This document shows, piece by piece, positions 9,618-20,203 of a stretch of DNA of 64,000 bases. This DNA is from a virus. The position numbers and the translations under genes are program-made. The stretch lies in IMG/VR virus record IMGVR_UViG_3300025684_000011; one strand, given 5' to 3'. How positions within the stretch are numbered: position 1 is the stretch's first letter; each line of letters opens with the position of its first letter. Under the pieces are notes generated by a model that had not been told where the DNA came from, did no database searches, and worked only from the letters and a program-made list of their open reading frames with translations.

Positions 9618-11651
9618 ATGGCAATCAAGACTAATCAAACAACAGATACACTAACTCCAAGTACTGGTACTATAATAGTAAACTCTACTGGAGCATTAGA
9701 AGTACCTACAGGTAATACACTTCAAAGACCGGTAACACCGGGTGCAGGTGCCTTGCGTTTTGATTCTAGTTCTTCTACATTAGATATATTTGATGGATCA
9801 TTATGGAATACATTAGTTTCTTTGTCTTATGTTGATACAACTGCAACAAACTTGCAAACACAGATTAATAATATTGTTAGCAACTTAGATCCTGCAACAT
9901 TAGATTCTTTAACAGAAATCGTTACCGCTTTTCAAAGCGAAGATAACACATTACTTTCTTTGATTAATACTGCTAATACGAATATTAGTGCAGTACAAAC
10001 AGGCTTAACACAAGAAATTAGTAATAGACAGTTTGCAGATACACTTGCAACCAACGCAAGAGCAACAGAAGTTACTAATAGGACCAATGCTGATACATTA
10101 TTACAAACTAATATAACAGCAGAAGAAACTGCTCGTATAGCACAAGACAATCAATTAGCAATAGATATTCAGCAAGAAAAATCAGATAGACAAACTGCTA
10201 TTTCTACAGTAAATACTTCAATTACTAACAAAGAAACTGCTCGTATTGCCGCAGATGCAATTCATACTGCTAACATTACAACACTTTCTGGAGACTTAAA
10301 CACAGAAATATCTGACAGACAAACTGCAATTACTACCGAAGCCAATGCTCGTATTGCTGGCGATGCCGCAAACGGTGCTAATATTAGCACATTAACAACA
10401 AACTTAGCAACCGAAGTAACTGACAGAACAAACGCAGACACTACATTACAAAATAATATTGATAGTAACAGTCTAAGTATATCACAAGAAATACAAGACA
10501 GATCAGCCGCTGATACAACATTACAAACTAATCTTGATACAGAAATAATTGATAGAACAAATGCTGATACAACATTACAAACTAATATTGATACAGAAGA
10601 AACTGATAGAATAGCCGCTGATACAGCATTACAAACTAGTATTACTACTAATACAACAAATTTAGCAACTGAAGTAACTGACAGAACAAACGCAGACACT
10701 ACATTACAAAATAATATTGATGCTGAAGAAACTGCTCGTATTGCCGGAGATGCTGGCTTACAAACAACCATTGATAACTTAGAACTAAGTGATCTAACAG
10801 ATGTAACTAACACTTCTCCAACAGACGGGCAGATGCTTAGTTATGATGGTACAACAGGCAACTTTAGACCACAAACAGTAGCACTTGCTCCTGTTAATAA
10901 AAACTATGTTGGTGACGGAACAACTTTACAATTTGATTTAGGACAAGATGTTCCAAGCCCAAACAATCTTGTTGTAGTAGTTGATGGAATTGCACAGAAA
11001 CCTTTGTATAGTTATGTTGTTACCAACGGAGATAAGTTAGTATTTGACGAAGCTCCTGAGAGCGGATCTATAGTTGAAGTTAGAATATTAGTAGGACAAT
11101 CCACAACTGATAGACCTAGGCCTAAAATTTCAAACATTGCATACTCAGAAACCGCCGCTCCAGTTTTTAATCTTATTACATTTAATGTTACAGAGATGAC
11201 TTATGGATTTGGTGCTAAAATAGGAACGGTTCCTATTGCACATATTGAATATCCATCAGCTGGATCTATGCAATTAAAAACTGCTGAAACGTTTACTGGA
11301 AATCAATCTATTACATTAATTGATAATAGCGGAAACGAATTTGTATTCGAAGATGCGTTTGCAGAACCAGATGGGACTTCCAATCCATTATGGACCGATG
11401 CAAGAAAATTTATTGGTACTTTTAGTGCTGGAGACAGCATTAATTACGCAATAGGTGTAAATAACACGTCAACATTGACTCTGGGTGCAACATCATCCCA
11501 GGAAACTGCTCCGACTTGGTTGTCGATTAGCGGTTTGACTCTTGTAGGAACTGCACCAACATTGAGCAGTCCTTGCAGATACGAGTTCCAAATAATTGCA
11601 ACAATAGGCAGTAAGAGTATATCTCGTAATTATTGGCTTGTTGTAATTTAA
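9618..11651 (+). CDS. Tail fibre/whisker-like structural protein with long coiled-coil repeats
   Basis: About 18-aa E..DR..AD..LQ.NID repeats, LDSLTEIV motif, LSDLTDV motif, C-terminal beta-rich Ig-like domains. Confidence 0.75.
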   Translation: MAIKTNQTTDTLTPSTGTIIVNSTGALEVPTGNTLQRPVTPGAGALRFDSSSSTLDIFDGSLWNTLVSLSYVDTTATNLQTQINNIVSNLDPATLDSLTEIVTAFQSEDNTLLSLINTANTNISAVQTGLTQEISNRQFADTLATNARATEVTNRTNADTLLQTNITAEETARIAQDNQLAIDIQQEKSDRQTAISTVNTSITNKETARIAADAIHTANITTLSGDLNTEISDRQTAITTEANARIAGDAANGANISTLTTNLATEVTDRTNADTTLQNNIDSNSLSISQEIQDRSAADTTLQTNLDTEIIDRTNADTTLQTNIDTEETDRIAADTALQTSITTNTTNLATEVTDRTNADTTLQNNIDAEETARIAGDAGLQTTIDNLELSDLTDVTNTSPTDGQMLSYDGTTGNFRPQTVALAPVNKNYVGDGTTLQFDLGQDVPSPNNLVVVVDGIAQKPLYSYVVTNGDKLVFDEAPESGSIVEVRILVGQSTTDRPRPKISNIAYSETAAPVFNLITFNVTEMTYGFGAKIGTVPIAHIEYPSAGSMQLKTAETFTGNQSITLIDNSGNEFVFEDAFAEPDGTSNPLWTDARKFIGTFSAGDSINYAIGVNNTSTLTLGATSSQETAPTWLSISGLTLVGTAPTLSSPCRYEFQIIATIGSKSISRNYWLVVI

Positions 11652-11770
11652 AAAATCATTTATATAACGGAAAATATTTTCCTAATCCCTTATTGGGTCT
11701 AACCAATTTAATTTTAGACAACTACAAATGACGCATGAGTGTCATTTCTTAATAATAAGGAAAAGAAAAC

Positions 11771-14700
11771 ATGCCTTTAATTAAAGCACGTTCGAGTTCG
11801 TTAATAAACTCAATTGATTTAAGAGGTACTCCGACTGCCGCTACTGCCGCCGCTGGTACATCAACTACCCAGCTCGCGTCAACAGGCTTCGTAACAACAG
11901 AAATTAGCAACTTAGTTAACGCCGCACCTACTCTTCTAGATACACTAGACGAATTAGCCGCGGCAATTGGTGATGATGCCAGTTTCTCTACCACGATGAC
12001 AACAGCACTATCGGAAAAAGTAGCATTAGCAGGTGGTACAATGACTGGAGCATTAGTGCTCTCAGGTGCACCAGCCAATGACCTCGAAGCATCAACAAAG
12101 AAATATGTTGATGATGGATTATTAGCTCAGCTAATTTCTTCAACAGACGATGTTTCAGAAGGAACAAACAATCTTTATCATACAACTGCAAGAGTAAGAG
12201 CAGGAATTACTTTATCATCAGATAACACTACAGTATTAGATTACGATAGTGCCACTGGTGTTATTTCATATGCTCATCCTACTACTGCTGGTATTATAGA
12301 AGATGCATCAAACTTGTACTATACAGATGCTCGTGTTAGAGCCGCTATCTCATTAACAACAACAGATAGCACAATTTTATCTTATAGTAATACAACTGGT
12401 GCATTTACTTTCGCAGAGCAAGATACTGATAAAGTTGATGAAGGTTCATCAAATCTATACTTTACAACTGCAAGAGCGAGAACTTCTGTAAGTGCAGGTA
12501 CTAACGTTACATACAACTCAGCTACTGGTGTTATTTCAGCAGACGGTGCGGTTGTTAGTGTTAACGGTGCTGACGGTATTGTTACAATAGGAACAGATGA
12601 TGTAGATGAAGGTTCAAGTAACTTATACTTTTCAGAAACTAGAGCAAGAAATGCTATTAGTTTAACAAGTACTGATACAAACACACTATCTTATAGTGCT
12701 GGAAGTGGTGTACTTACATATACAAAACCAAATTCAGATGGTATTGCAGAAGGTACAACTAACCTTTACTTTCTTGACAGTAGAGCAAGAGCCGCAATTA
12801 GTGCCTCTGGAGATGTTGCTTACAACTCAACTAGTGGTGTAATTACATTTAACATGTCTGATCACGATACTGATGATTTAGCTGAAGGTACAACTAACCT
12901 TTACTTTCTTAACAGTAGAGCAAGAGGTGCAATTAGTGTAACAGGATCTTTAGCATACAATTCTACAACTGGTGTTATTTCTTACACAACTCCAGATACT
13001 GACGGTGTTGCTGAAGGTAGTTTAAACCTTTACTATCTTGATAGTAGAGCAAGAGCTTCAATTAGTGCAAGTGGTGATTTAAGTTACGTTTCTAGTACAG
13101 GTATTATGTCTTATACAACTCCAGATTCAGATGGTATTACTGAAGGTTCAACTAACCTTTACTATCTTGATAGTAGAGCAAGAGCCGCAATTTCTGTAAC
13201 AGGTGATTTGACATACAATGGTACAACAGGTGCAATTGGTTTTGCATTAGCAGATCATACAACAGCCGACTTAGCTGAAGGAACTAACCTTTACTATCTT
13301 GATAGTAGAGCAAGAGCCGCTATTTCAGTTTCAGGTTCCGCATTAGCATATGATAATACAACTGGTGTTCTTTCTACAAACGCATTAGTAGCAAGTGTTA
13401 ACACTAAAACTGGTGTTGTAACATTAACTACAGATGATATTAACGAAGGTTCATCTAACTTGTACTATACAGATGCTCGTGTTAGATCTGCTGTTTCATT
13501 AACTTCAGACGATACTACTGTTCTGTCATATAGTTCAGGAACTGGTGCATTTACATACGCCAAGCCTAACACAGACAAAATCAGTGAAGGTACAAGTAAC
13601 TTGTATTTCTCAGATGCTAGAGCAAGAGCCGCATTTTCTGAAGGAACAGGTGTATCAATTACAGCTGGAGAAATTGCTATCGGTCAGGCCGTTGCTACAA
13701 CAGACAATGTTACATTTAATGACCTTGTTGTTGATGGTGACTTAACTATCAATGGTACAACAACTACCGTTAATACAGCAACATTAGATGTTGAAGATAT
13801 TAACATTACAGTAGCAAAAGGTGCCGCATCAGCGGCGGCCGCTAACGGTGCTGGTTTAACAGTTGATGGTGCCGCGGCAACTATCTTGTATGTTTCTGCA
13901 ACTGACACTTGGGACTTTAACAAAGACGTTAAAGGAACATTTATTGGTGATTTAACTGGTGATGTTGTTGGTGATTTAACTGGTGATGTAACTGGTACAG
14001 TTTCAGACATTAGTAATCATGACACAGCTGACTTAGCTGAAGGAACTAACCTTTACTATCTTGATAGTAGAGCAAGAGCCGCTATTAGTGTAAACTCAAC
14101 CGAACTAGGTTATGACAACGCAACAGGTGTTATAACATATACTCAAGGTAATACTGATGGTGTTGCTGAAGGTTCAACTAACCTTTACTATCTTGACAGT
14201 AGAGCAAGAGGTGCAATTAGTGTATCAGGCGATATGACCTACAACTCTACAACAGGCGTTATTGGTTTTGCATTAGCAGATCATACAACAACTGATCTAA
14301 CAGAAGGTGATAACAAGTATTACACAGATGCAAGAGCAAGAGCTTCTATTTCCGTTACAGGTGATTTAGCTTATGTAGCAGGAACAGGTGTTATTTCTTA
14401 CTCAACACCAGACACAGACGGAGTTACAGAAGGAACAAATAACCTTTACTACACAGATGCTCGTGTTAGAGCGGCTATTAGTGGTAGTGGTGACATTGTG
14501 TATGATAGTGCAACAGGTGACTTTGCATACTCAACTCCAGATACTGACGGTGTAGACGAAGGAACAAGTAACCTTTATCATACAACTGCTAGAGCAAGAG
14601 CAACAATAAGTGCAAGTGATGACTTAACTTATGATAGTGCAACTGGTGTCATGACATTTAAGATGTCTGATCATGATACTGATGATTTATCTGAAGGTAC

Positions 14701-15595
14701 AGCTAACTTGTACTACACAGATGCAAGAGTACATAGTGCGATTTCATTAACATCAGATGATCAGGATATTATGTCTTATGATAACGCAGGTGGATTCACA
14801 TTTGCTATCGGCAACATGGATACTGATGATGTTACTGAAGGTACATCAAGTCTATACTTTACAACTGCTAGAGCAAGAGCTTCTGTAAGTGCTGGTAGTA
14901 ACATTAGCTATGATAGTGCAACTGGTGTTATTTCAACATTAGCCGCAGTTCAGAGTGTTAATGGTGCAACTGGTGTTGTTACAATAGGAACTGATGACGT
15001 AGATGAGGGATCAAGCAATCTTTACTATACAGATGCAAGAGCCCAAGCCTCTATTACAATGGTTACTGATGATACAACAATTCTAAGTTATGCTTCAGGT
15101 ACTGGAACAATAACATATGTAACTCCGGATACAGATGCTATTAATGAAGGTTCTGTTAACGAATACTTTACCAATGCAAGAGCTGATGCTCGTATTGCCG
15201 CGGCAAGCCTTGATGACTTATCAGATGTTGATACAGGTACTCCCGCTGACGGTGCCGCTCTTGTTTGGAGTTCATCAGGTCAGAAGTATGTAACAACCGA
15301 CTTATCAACTACAACTACAGCCGCTAACTTTACAGCTAACGGTACTGATACAGACTTTGACTTAACCAATGTTGTAGTCGACTCAATCGAAAATACCACC
15401 GTGTTTATTAACGGTATTTTCCAAGCACCAACATATTCATACACTATTTCAAATGATGGTACTGATACTACTATTTCGTTTGATGCCGCTCCAGAAGCTA
15501 ACGACATTGTTACAGTTCGTTATATTTTAGGTGGAACATTGAATACTGATGGTATACTTAACGAAAGCTCAACAATTGATGGTGGTACTTACTAA
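11771..15595 (+). CDS. Long repeat-containing tail fibre protein
   Basis: GTPTA.T and LDTLDELAAAIGDD fibre motifs, 20 copies of TD.v.EG..NLY....RARA.I, C-terminal IDGGTY. Confidence 0.85.
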   Translation: MPLIKARSSSLINSIDLRGTPTAATAAAGTSTTQLASTGFVTTEISNLVNAAPTLLDTLDELAAAIGDDASFSTTMTTALSEKVALAGGTMTGALVLSGAPANDLEASTKKYVDDGLLAQLISSTDDVSEGTNNLYHTTARVRAGITLSSDNTTVLDYDSATGVISYAHPTTAGIIEDASNLYYTDARVRAAISLTTTDSTILSYSNTTGAFTFAEQDTDKVDEGSSNLYFTTARARTSVSAGTNVTYNSATGVISADGAVVSVNGADGIVTIGTDDVDEGSSNLYFSETRARNAISLTSTDTNTLSYSAGSGVLTYTKPNSDGIAEGTTNLYFLDSRARAAISASGDVAYNSTSGVITFNMSDHDTDDLAEGTTNLYFLNSRARGAISVTGSLAYNSTTGVISYTTPDTDGVAEGSLNLYYLDSRARASISASGDLSYVSSTGIMSYTTPDSDGITEGSTNLYYLDSRARAAISVTGDLTYNGTTGAIGFALADHTTADLAEGTNLYYLDSRARAAISVSGSALAYDNTTGVLSTNALVASVNTKTGVVTLTTDDINEGSSNLYYTDARVRSAVSLTSDDTTVLSYSSGTGAFTYAKPNTDKISEGTSNLYFSDARARAAFSEGTGVSITAGEIAIGQAVATTDNVTFNDLVVDGDLTINGTTTTVNTATLDVEDINITVAKGAASAAAANGAGLTVDGAAATILYVSATDTWDFNKDVKGTFIGDLTGDVVGDLTGDVTGTVSDISNHDTADLAEGTNLYYLDSRARAAISVNSTELGYDNATGVITYTQGNTDGVAEGSTNLYYLDSRARGAISVSGDMTYNSTTGVIGFALADHTTTDLTEGDNKYYTDARARASISVTGDLAYVAGTGVISYSTPDTDGVTEGTNNLYYTDARVRAAISGSGDIVYDSATGDFAYSTPDTDGVDEGTSNLYHTTARARATISASDDLTYDSATGVMTFKMSDHDTDDLSEGTANLYYTDARVHSAISLTSDDQDIMSYDNAGGFTFAIGNMDTDDVTEGTSSLYFTTARARASVSAGSNISYDSATGVISTLAAVQSVNGATGVVTIGTDDVDEGSSNLYYTDARAQASITMVTDDTTILSYASGTGTITYVTPDTDAINEGSVNEYFTNARADARIAAASLDDLSDVDTGTPADGAALVWSSSGQKYVTTDLSTTTTAANFTANGTDTDFDLTNVVVDSIENTTVFINGIFQAPTYSYTISNDGTDTTISFDAAPEANDIVTVRYILGGTLNTDGILNESSTIDGGTY
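12140..15200 (+). repeat. Coding tandem repeats of about 41-55 aa (EGxxNLY...RAR)
   Basis: 20 units counted in the translation; 57-nt perfect nucleotide repeat at 13268-13324 and 14030-14086. Confidence 0.9.
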
Positions 15596-15620
15596 TCATT
15601 AATTAGAGTTAGATTTACTG

Positions 15621-15649
15621 AATAAGGGGCTTTATGCCCCTTATTCTTT
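15621..15649 (+). terminator. Rho-independent terminator
   Basis: AATAAGGGGC-TTTAT-GCCCCTTATT followed by CTTT. Confidence 0.8.
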
Positions 15650-15709
15650 GACACAATTATATAGAAAAGACATAAATACCTTGTATACTATTACTCAAAG
15701 GATAAATGC

Positions 15710-18208
15710 ATGCCACTTTTTAGAGGTCAACTAAAGCACATTAGGGGTTTAACAGACTATAAAGACAGCGTTCTTGTAGCCTCAACAAATAATGTTGGAG
15801 TAACATCAACTATATCTTCTGTTGATGGAGTTACTTTATCTGAAGGAGATAGAATACTTCTAGTAGGACAAACTACTACAACAGAAAATGGCATCTATGC
15901 AAGTCAATCTAACGGAACAATAGCAAGAGCATTTGATGCAGATAGTACTGAAGAGTTTTCTTCTGGTATGACTGTTTATGTTGAACAAGGAACTAGTAAT
16001 GGCAAGAGCACTTGGCTCTTGATAACAACTGGAGAGATTGTATTAGGTACTACTTCGCTTCAATTCCAAAAGCAATCACAGATATATGATTCTCTTGAAG
16101 GAACATATGGCGGAGCATCAAAATCTTTAACTTTAGGAGTACAAAAAAACGGAGTTATTACTACTGTAACTGAAAATACATTAGATTCAGATAATGTAAC
16201 TGAAGGATCATCAAATCTTTATCATACAACTGCAAGAGCTAGAGCTTCTATATCAGCCTCTGGTAGCAATTTAAGTTATAATTCCTCAACTGGTTCTATG
16301 TCATTTACCTCTGCAAGTTTAACTCCAGGTACAGGTATTACTGGAGATAATTTTGACACTTCAACAAACAAAACATTTGCTATTGATACATCAGTAATAC
16401 CGACATTAAGTTCTGGTGTTTCTGTCTTTACAAATGATGCCGGATACATTACAGGTTATACTGTTACTGAAAGTGATGTTACAACTCATCAAGCGGCTTT
16501 AAGTATAACCGAAAGCCAAATTAGTGATTTATCAAGTTATATTACAGCTAGTTCAACAGACACATTAACTAATAAAACAATTGGTGCGTCAACAATCTCA
16601 GGAAACTTAATTCCAGATACAACAGAAACATACGACCTTGGATCGTCAACTTATAGATTTAATGACCTTTATCTAGCAGGTAGTACTATTGATTTAGGTG
16701 GTGCTAAACTAACAAATGATGGTAGTGATAACCTTGATATTAAAGATAGTTCGGGTAATAGAAAAATAATTAGAGCAAGTGCTATTGAATTGGTAGATAG
16801 CTCCGGTAAAAAAATTAAAATTGAACGAGACGCCACTTCAGGTAAAATGAAATCACGTAAATTTGATTCAAGTGGTAATGCAGAAGCAGATGGAGATGAC
16901 GTTAACGAAATATCAGAAGACAAAACACCACAACTAGGTGGTACATTGGATGCTAATGGAAACTATATTGATATGGGTTCTAATAACATTACAGATACAA
17001 AAGTTGGTCAATGGGATACCTCATACGGATGGGGAAATCATGCAAGTTCAAATTATCTAACAGATTATACTGTTACGGAATCAGATGTTACTGGACACCA
17101 ATCAGCACTAAGCATAACTGAATCACAAATTAGTGATCTAGACGATTACCTCCCAATAACTTTATCAACAGTGGTTGATGGGCGAGTCGACGTTGATTCA
17201 ATCTCTCAAATACGTTTTATTTTAGACGAAACCACTTCTGGTTCGCAAGGTAATGTATCAAATACATCGAGTTATAATATTGCTTTGTCTGTTTCACCTA
17301 ATGTTACTATAGGATACGATACCTCAGGAATATTTTATATAAGCGACAGCAATCGTGGAACATACGAAGACATAATTCTAAGGACAAATGGAACAGGTAC
17401 CAGCGCCAACGGTTTTGCTAATCCGTCAGGTGCCACTAGTATATTTGGTTTTAGAGGTAACTCATCTACCACTGGCTATAGATCCCTTACAACTGCAAGC
17501 CTTAATACATCAAGTTATACAAAACTTGGTTTTGACATAATCCAAGGTACTGGCAGTAACGGTGGTGAAGGTACTGATAGTACTGATGATTTTAAAATCT
17601 ACTATAGTACTAACGGTGGCTCAAGTTACACACTTATGCAAACATACTACGGAAGTCCAAGAGCATATGACACCTGGACTACTGTAGCAATTAGTTTACC
17701 ATCAGGTGCTATAGGAAGTAGTGTTAAATTTAAATTTGAAAACATTCATACTAATACTGGAGACTTTGATCATTGGGCTATTAGTAAAGTTAATTTGAAC
17801 ACTATAGAAACTAGTGTTCCATACTTTCGATTAGATGTAGGAAGTGGAACAGTTATAGATTCTCTTGAAAATAGTACAACTTTTACAGGCAATTTAGTTG
17901 GTGATGTAACAGGTAATGTCATAGGTGCTGTTACAGGAACTTCGGGTTCCTTTAGTAGTAATTTACAAAGTAATGGTAATTTTTATGCTAATGGATCATA
18001 TACCTATCTAGCAAATAGTACTAACGATAGAGTTTATATAAGAACTCCGCTACTTTATTTCAACAATGTCTTAATTACAGCCACAGGAACTGAACTTAAT
18101 TATGTAGATGGTGTTACAAGTAATGTTCAAACTCAACTAGATACCAAGGCATCGCTTACTGGTGTAGAAACCTTGGATAACAAGAGCATAGACGGTGGTT
18201 CTTTCTAA
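15710..18208 (+). CDS. Tail fibre / receptor-binding protein
   Basis: N-terminal GDRILL..Q....ENGIY fibre/decoration domain, one EG..NLY repeat, ITESQISDL repeats, DKTPQLGG.LD.NG motif, Asp-box jelly-roll insert, C-terminal IDGGSF. Confidence 0.8.
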   Translation: MPLFRGQLKHIRGLTDYKDSVLVASTNNVGVTSTISSVDGVTLSEGDRILLVGQTTTTENGIYASQSNGTIARAFDADSTEEFSSGMTVYVEQGTSNGKSTWLLITTGEIVLGTTSLQFQKQSQIYDSLEGTYGGASKSLTLGVQKNGVITTVTENTLDSDNVTEGSSNLYHTTARARASISASGSNLSYNSSTGSMSFTSASLTPGTGITGDNFDTSTNKTFAIDTSVIPTLSSGVSVFTNDAGYITGYTVTESDVTTHQAALSITESQISDLSSYITASSTDTLTNKTIGASTISGNLIPDTTETYDLGSSTYRFNDLYLAGSTIDLGGAKLTNDGSDNLDIKDSSGNRKIIRASAIELVDSSGKKIKIERDATSGKMKSRKFDSSGNAEADGDDVNEISEDKTPQLGGTLDANGNYIDMGSNNITDTKVGQWDTSYGWGNHASSNYLTDYTVTESDVTGHQSALSITESQISDLDDYLPITLSTVVDGRVDVDSISQIRFILDETTSGSQGNVSNTSSYNIALSVSPNVTIGYDTSGIFYISDSNRGTYEDIILRTNGTGTSANGFANPSGATSIFGFRGNSSTTGYRSLTTASLNTSSYTKLGFDIIQGTGSNGGEGTDSTDDFKIYYSTNGGSSYTLMQTYYGSPRAYDTWTTVAISLPSGAIGSSVKFKFENIHTNTGDFDHWAISKVNLNTIETSVPYFRLDVGSGTVIDSLENSTTFTGNLVGDVTGNVIGAVTGTSGSFSSNLQSNGNFYANGSYTYLANSTNDRVYIRTPLLYFNNVLITATGTELNYVDGVTSNVQTQLDTKASLTGVETLDNKSIDGGSF

Positions 18209-18258
18209 TAATTTATATTATTATTAGCTCTAATAAAACACTCAAATAAAACAATTTG

Positions 18259-18266
18259 TATAAATA
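18259..18266 (+). promoter_or_regulatory. Canonical T4 late promoter TATAAATA
   Basis: Exact match upstream of the chaperone-bearing fibre gene. Confidence 0.65.
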
Positions 18267-18335
18267 ACAACGGAACACAAAAAATGAGAGCCGATTCTCT
18301 CATTGTGCTTATTATAACCCGGGAGTATATACTCA

Positions 18336-20177
18336 ATGGCAAATACCATTATTTTAAAAAGATCCGCAACACAAAACAACATACCTACTACCTCACAACT
18401 TGAGCTTGGTGAAGTAGCAATCAACACATATGACGGTAAAGTTTACATTAAAAAATCTGTCTCTGGTTCAGCCAGTATTGTTGAAGTTGGTCCTGTTGTA
18501 AGTGTCAACGGTTCTACAGGAGCAGTAACAATTGGAACAGATGAAACTGCAGAAGGTTCAACTAACCTTTATTACACAGATGCGAGAGTAAGAGCGGCAA
18601 TTTCCGCAGGAACTGGCATCACATACAATTCAACATCAGGTGAGATTCAAACAGCTCAAGATATAACAACTGCAGGATCACCATCATTTGCTGGTTTAAC
18701 ATTAACTGGCAATGCAGAAACACTAAGTCTTATCCCAGCCTCAGACAACGTATACAGTCTAGGTTCGGCTTCTAAAGCATATGCTGACATTTATGTTGGT
18801 CCAGGATCGCTTTACATTAACGGTAAGAAAACAATCGAAGACAATTCAAATACAATGACGTTTTCTACAGATTCAGACCAAGATATGAGAGTATCTACAT
18901 CAGGTTCTGGTTCTGTTGAATTACTTGCAAGTGGAACAGGTAACATTCAGGTTATGGGAACACTTTCAATACAAACATCAAAGAGAATTGTTGACTCAGC
19001 AGGAGTTAATGTTGAATTTGGAGATCCAATTCACATGAATTCTAATAAACTTACTAACTTAGCAGAACCTACAGCTAGTACAGATGGTGCAACTAAGAAT
19101 TATGTTGATACAGCAATTACTAACTTAGTAGATGCTTCACCAGCTACACTTGATACATTGAACGAGTTAGCCGCGGCACTTGGTGACGATGCAAACTTTT
19201 CAACAACAATTACTACTTCAATTGCAACTAAGTTAAACTCAGCAGACTATACTGCCTCTGATGTTTTAACTAAAATTAAAACAGTTGATGGAGCCGCATC
19301 TGGTTTAGATGCTGACATCTTAGATGGTCAACAAGGTTCTTATTACCTAGATGCTAACAACTTTACTAACATGCCAGATTATAGTGGTGATTTTTCAAGT
19401 AAACTAGACGCATCATCTTATACTGCCTCTGATGTTTTAACTAAAATTAAAACAGTTGATGGCGCAGGTTCTGGACTAGACGCTGACTTATTAGACGGTC
19501 AATCAAGTGCCTATTATGCAACTGCAAGTTCAGTAGCTACTAATACTTCAAAATTAGCTACTATTGAGTCTAATGCAACAGCAGACCAAACAGCATCAGA
19601 AATCTTAACACTTATCAAAACAGTTGATGGCGCAGGTTCTGGACTAGATGCTGACTTATTAGACGGTCAATCAAGTGCCTACTACTTAGATGGTAATAAC
19701 TTTATCAATATGCCGGCAACTGGTGTTACATCTGTTGCAACTTCAAACGGGTTAACTGGTGGTACTATTACTGGAACAGGAACTTTATCCATGTCTGGTT
19801 CTTACACAGGAACATTTAATGTTACTGGTGAAATTAAGGCAACTGGCGAAGTAACAGCTTACTTCTCGGATGAAAGACTTAAGAAAGATATTGTACCTGT
19901 AACTGGAGCACTTCAAGGTGTTATGGCAATGGGCGGATATACTTATAAAGCTAATGATCTTGCCGCAGAGCTTGGTGTTGAAAGAACTGACAATCAAATT
20001 GGACTTCTAGCACAAGAAGTTGAAGCACAATTTCCTGAGTTAGTTACAGAGTCAGCACTAGCAGGCTATAAGACAATTAGATACGATAAGATGGTTACAG
20101 TTTTAGTTGAAGCAATGAAAGAGCAACAAGCAATGATTGAGCAACTACAAGCTGATGTAAAGAAGACTTTACATTGA
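18336..20177 (+). CDS. Tail fibre with C-terminal intramolecular chaperone (peptidase S74-like)
   Basis: N-terminal ILKRS...P....L..GE.AIN..DGK domain; three DG.GSGLDAD.LDG repeats; C-terminal SDERLKKDI...IGLLAQEVE..FPELV...Y..mv.vLVEA.KE. Confidence 0.9.
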   Translation: MANTIILKRSATQNNIPTTSQLELGEVAINTYDGKVYIKKSVSGSASIVEVGPVVSVNGSTGAVTIGTDETAEGSTNLYYTDARVRAAISAGTGITYNSTSGEIQTAQDITTAGSPSFAGLTLTGNAETLSLIPASDNVYSLGSASKAYADIYVGPGSLYINGKKTIEDNSNTMTFSTDSDQDMRVSTSGSGSVELLASGTGNIQVMGTLSIQTSKRIVDSAGVNVEFGDPIHMNSNKLTNLAEPTASTDGATKNYVDTAITNLVDASPATLDTLNELAAALGDDANFSTTITTSIATKLNSADYTASDVLTKIKTVDGAASGLDADILDGQQGSYYLDANNFTNMPDYSGDFSSKLDASSYTASDVLTKIKTVDGAGSGLDADLLDGQSSAYYATASSVATNTSKLATIESNATADQTASEILTLIKTVDGAGSGLDADLLDGQSSAYYLDGNNFINMPATGVTSVATSNGLTGGTITGTGTLSMSGSYTGTFNVTGEIKATGEVTAYFSDERLKKDIVPVTGALQGVMAMGGYTYKANDLAAELGVERTDNQIGLLAQEVEAQFPELVTESALAGYKTIRYDKMVTVLVEAMKEQQAMIEQLQADVKKTLH

Positions 20178-20203
20178 TTTTTAAACTAATAGGAGTATAA
20201 GAT

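Noticed and set aside
1410-14010. Long antisense ORFs (for example 1953-2525, 5201-5698, 6662-7447, 10262-10813, 13684-14010)
   Set aside because: Shadows of biased codon usage and repeats on the coding strand; no RBS or recognisable motifs
12750-14220. Regularly spaced about 38-nt near-identical repeats (ACTAACCTTTACTATCTTGATAGTAGAGCAAGAG) resembling a CRISPR array
   Set aside because: They are in frame within a 1274-aa ORF, the intervening segments are homologous to each other, variation is codon-patterned, and there is no cas operon
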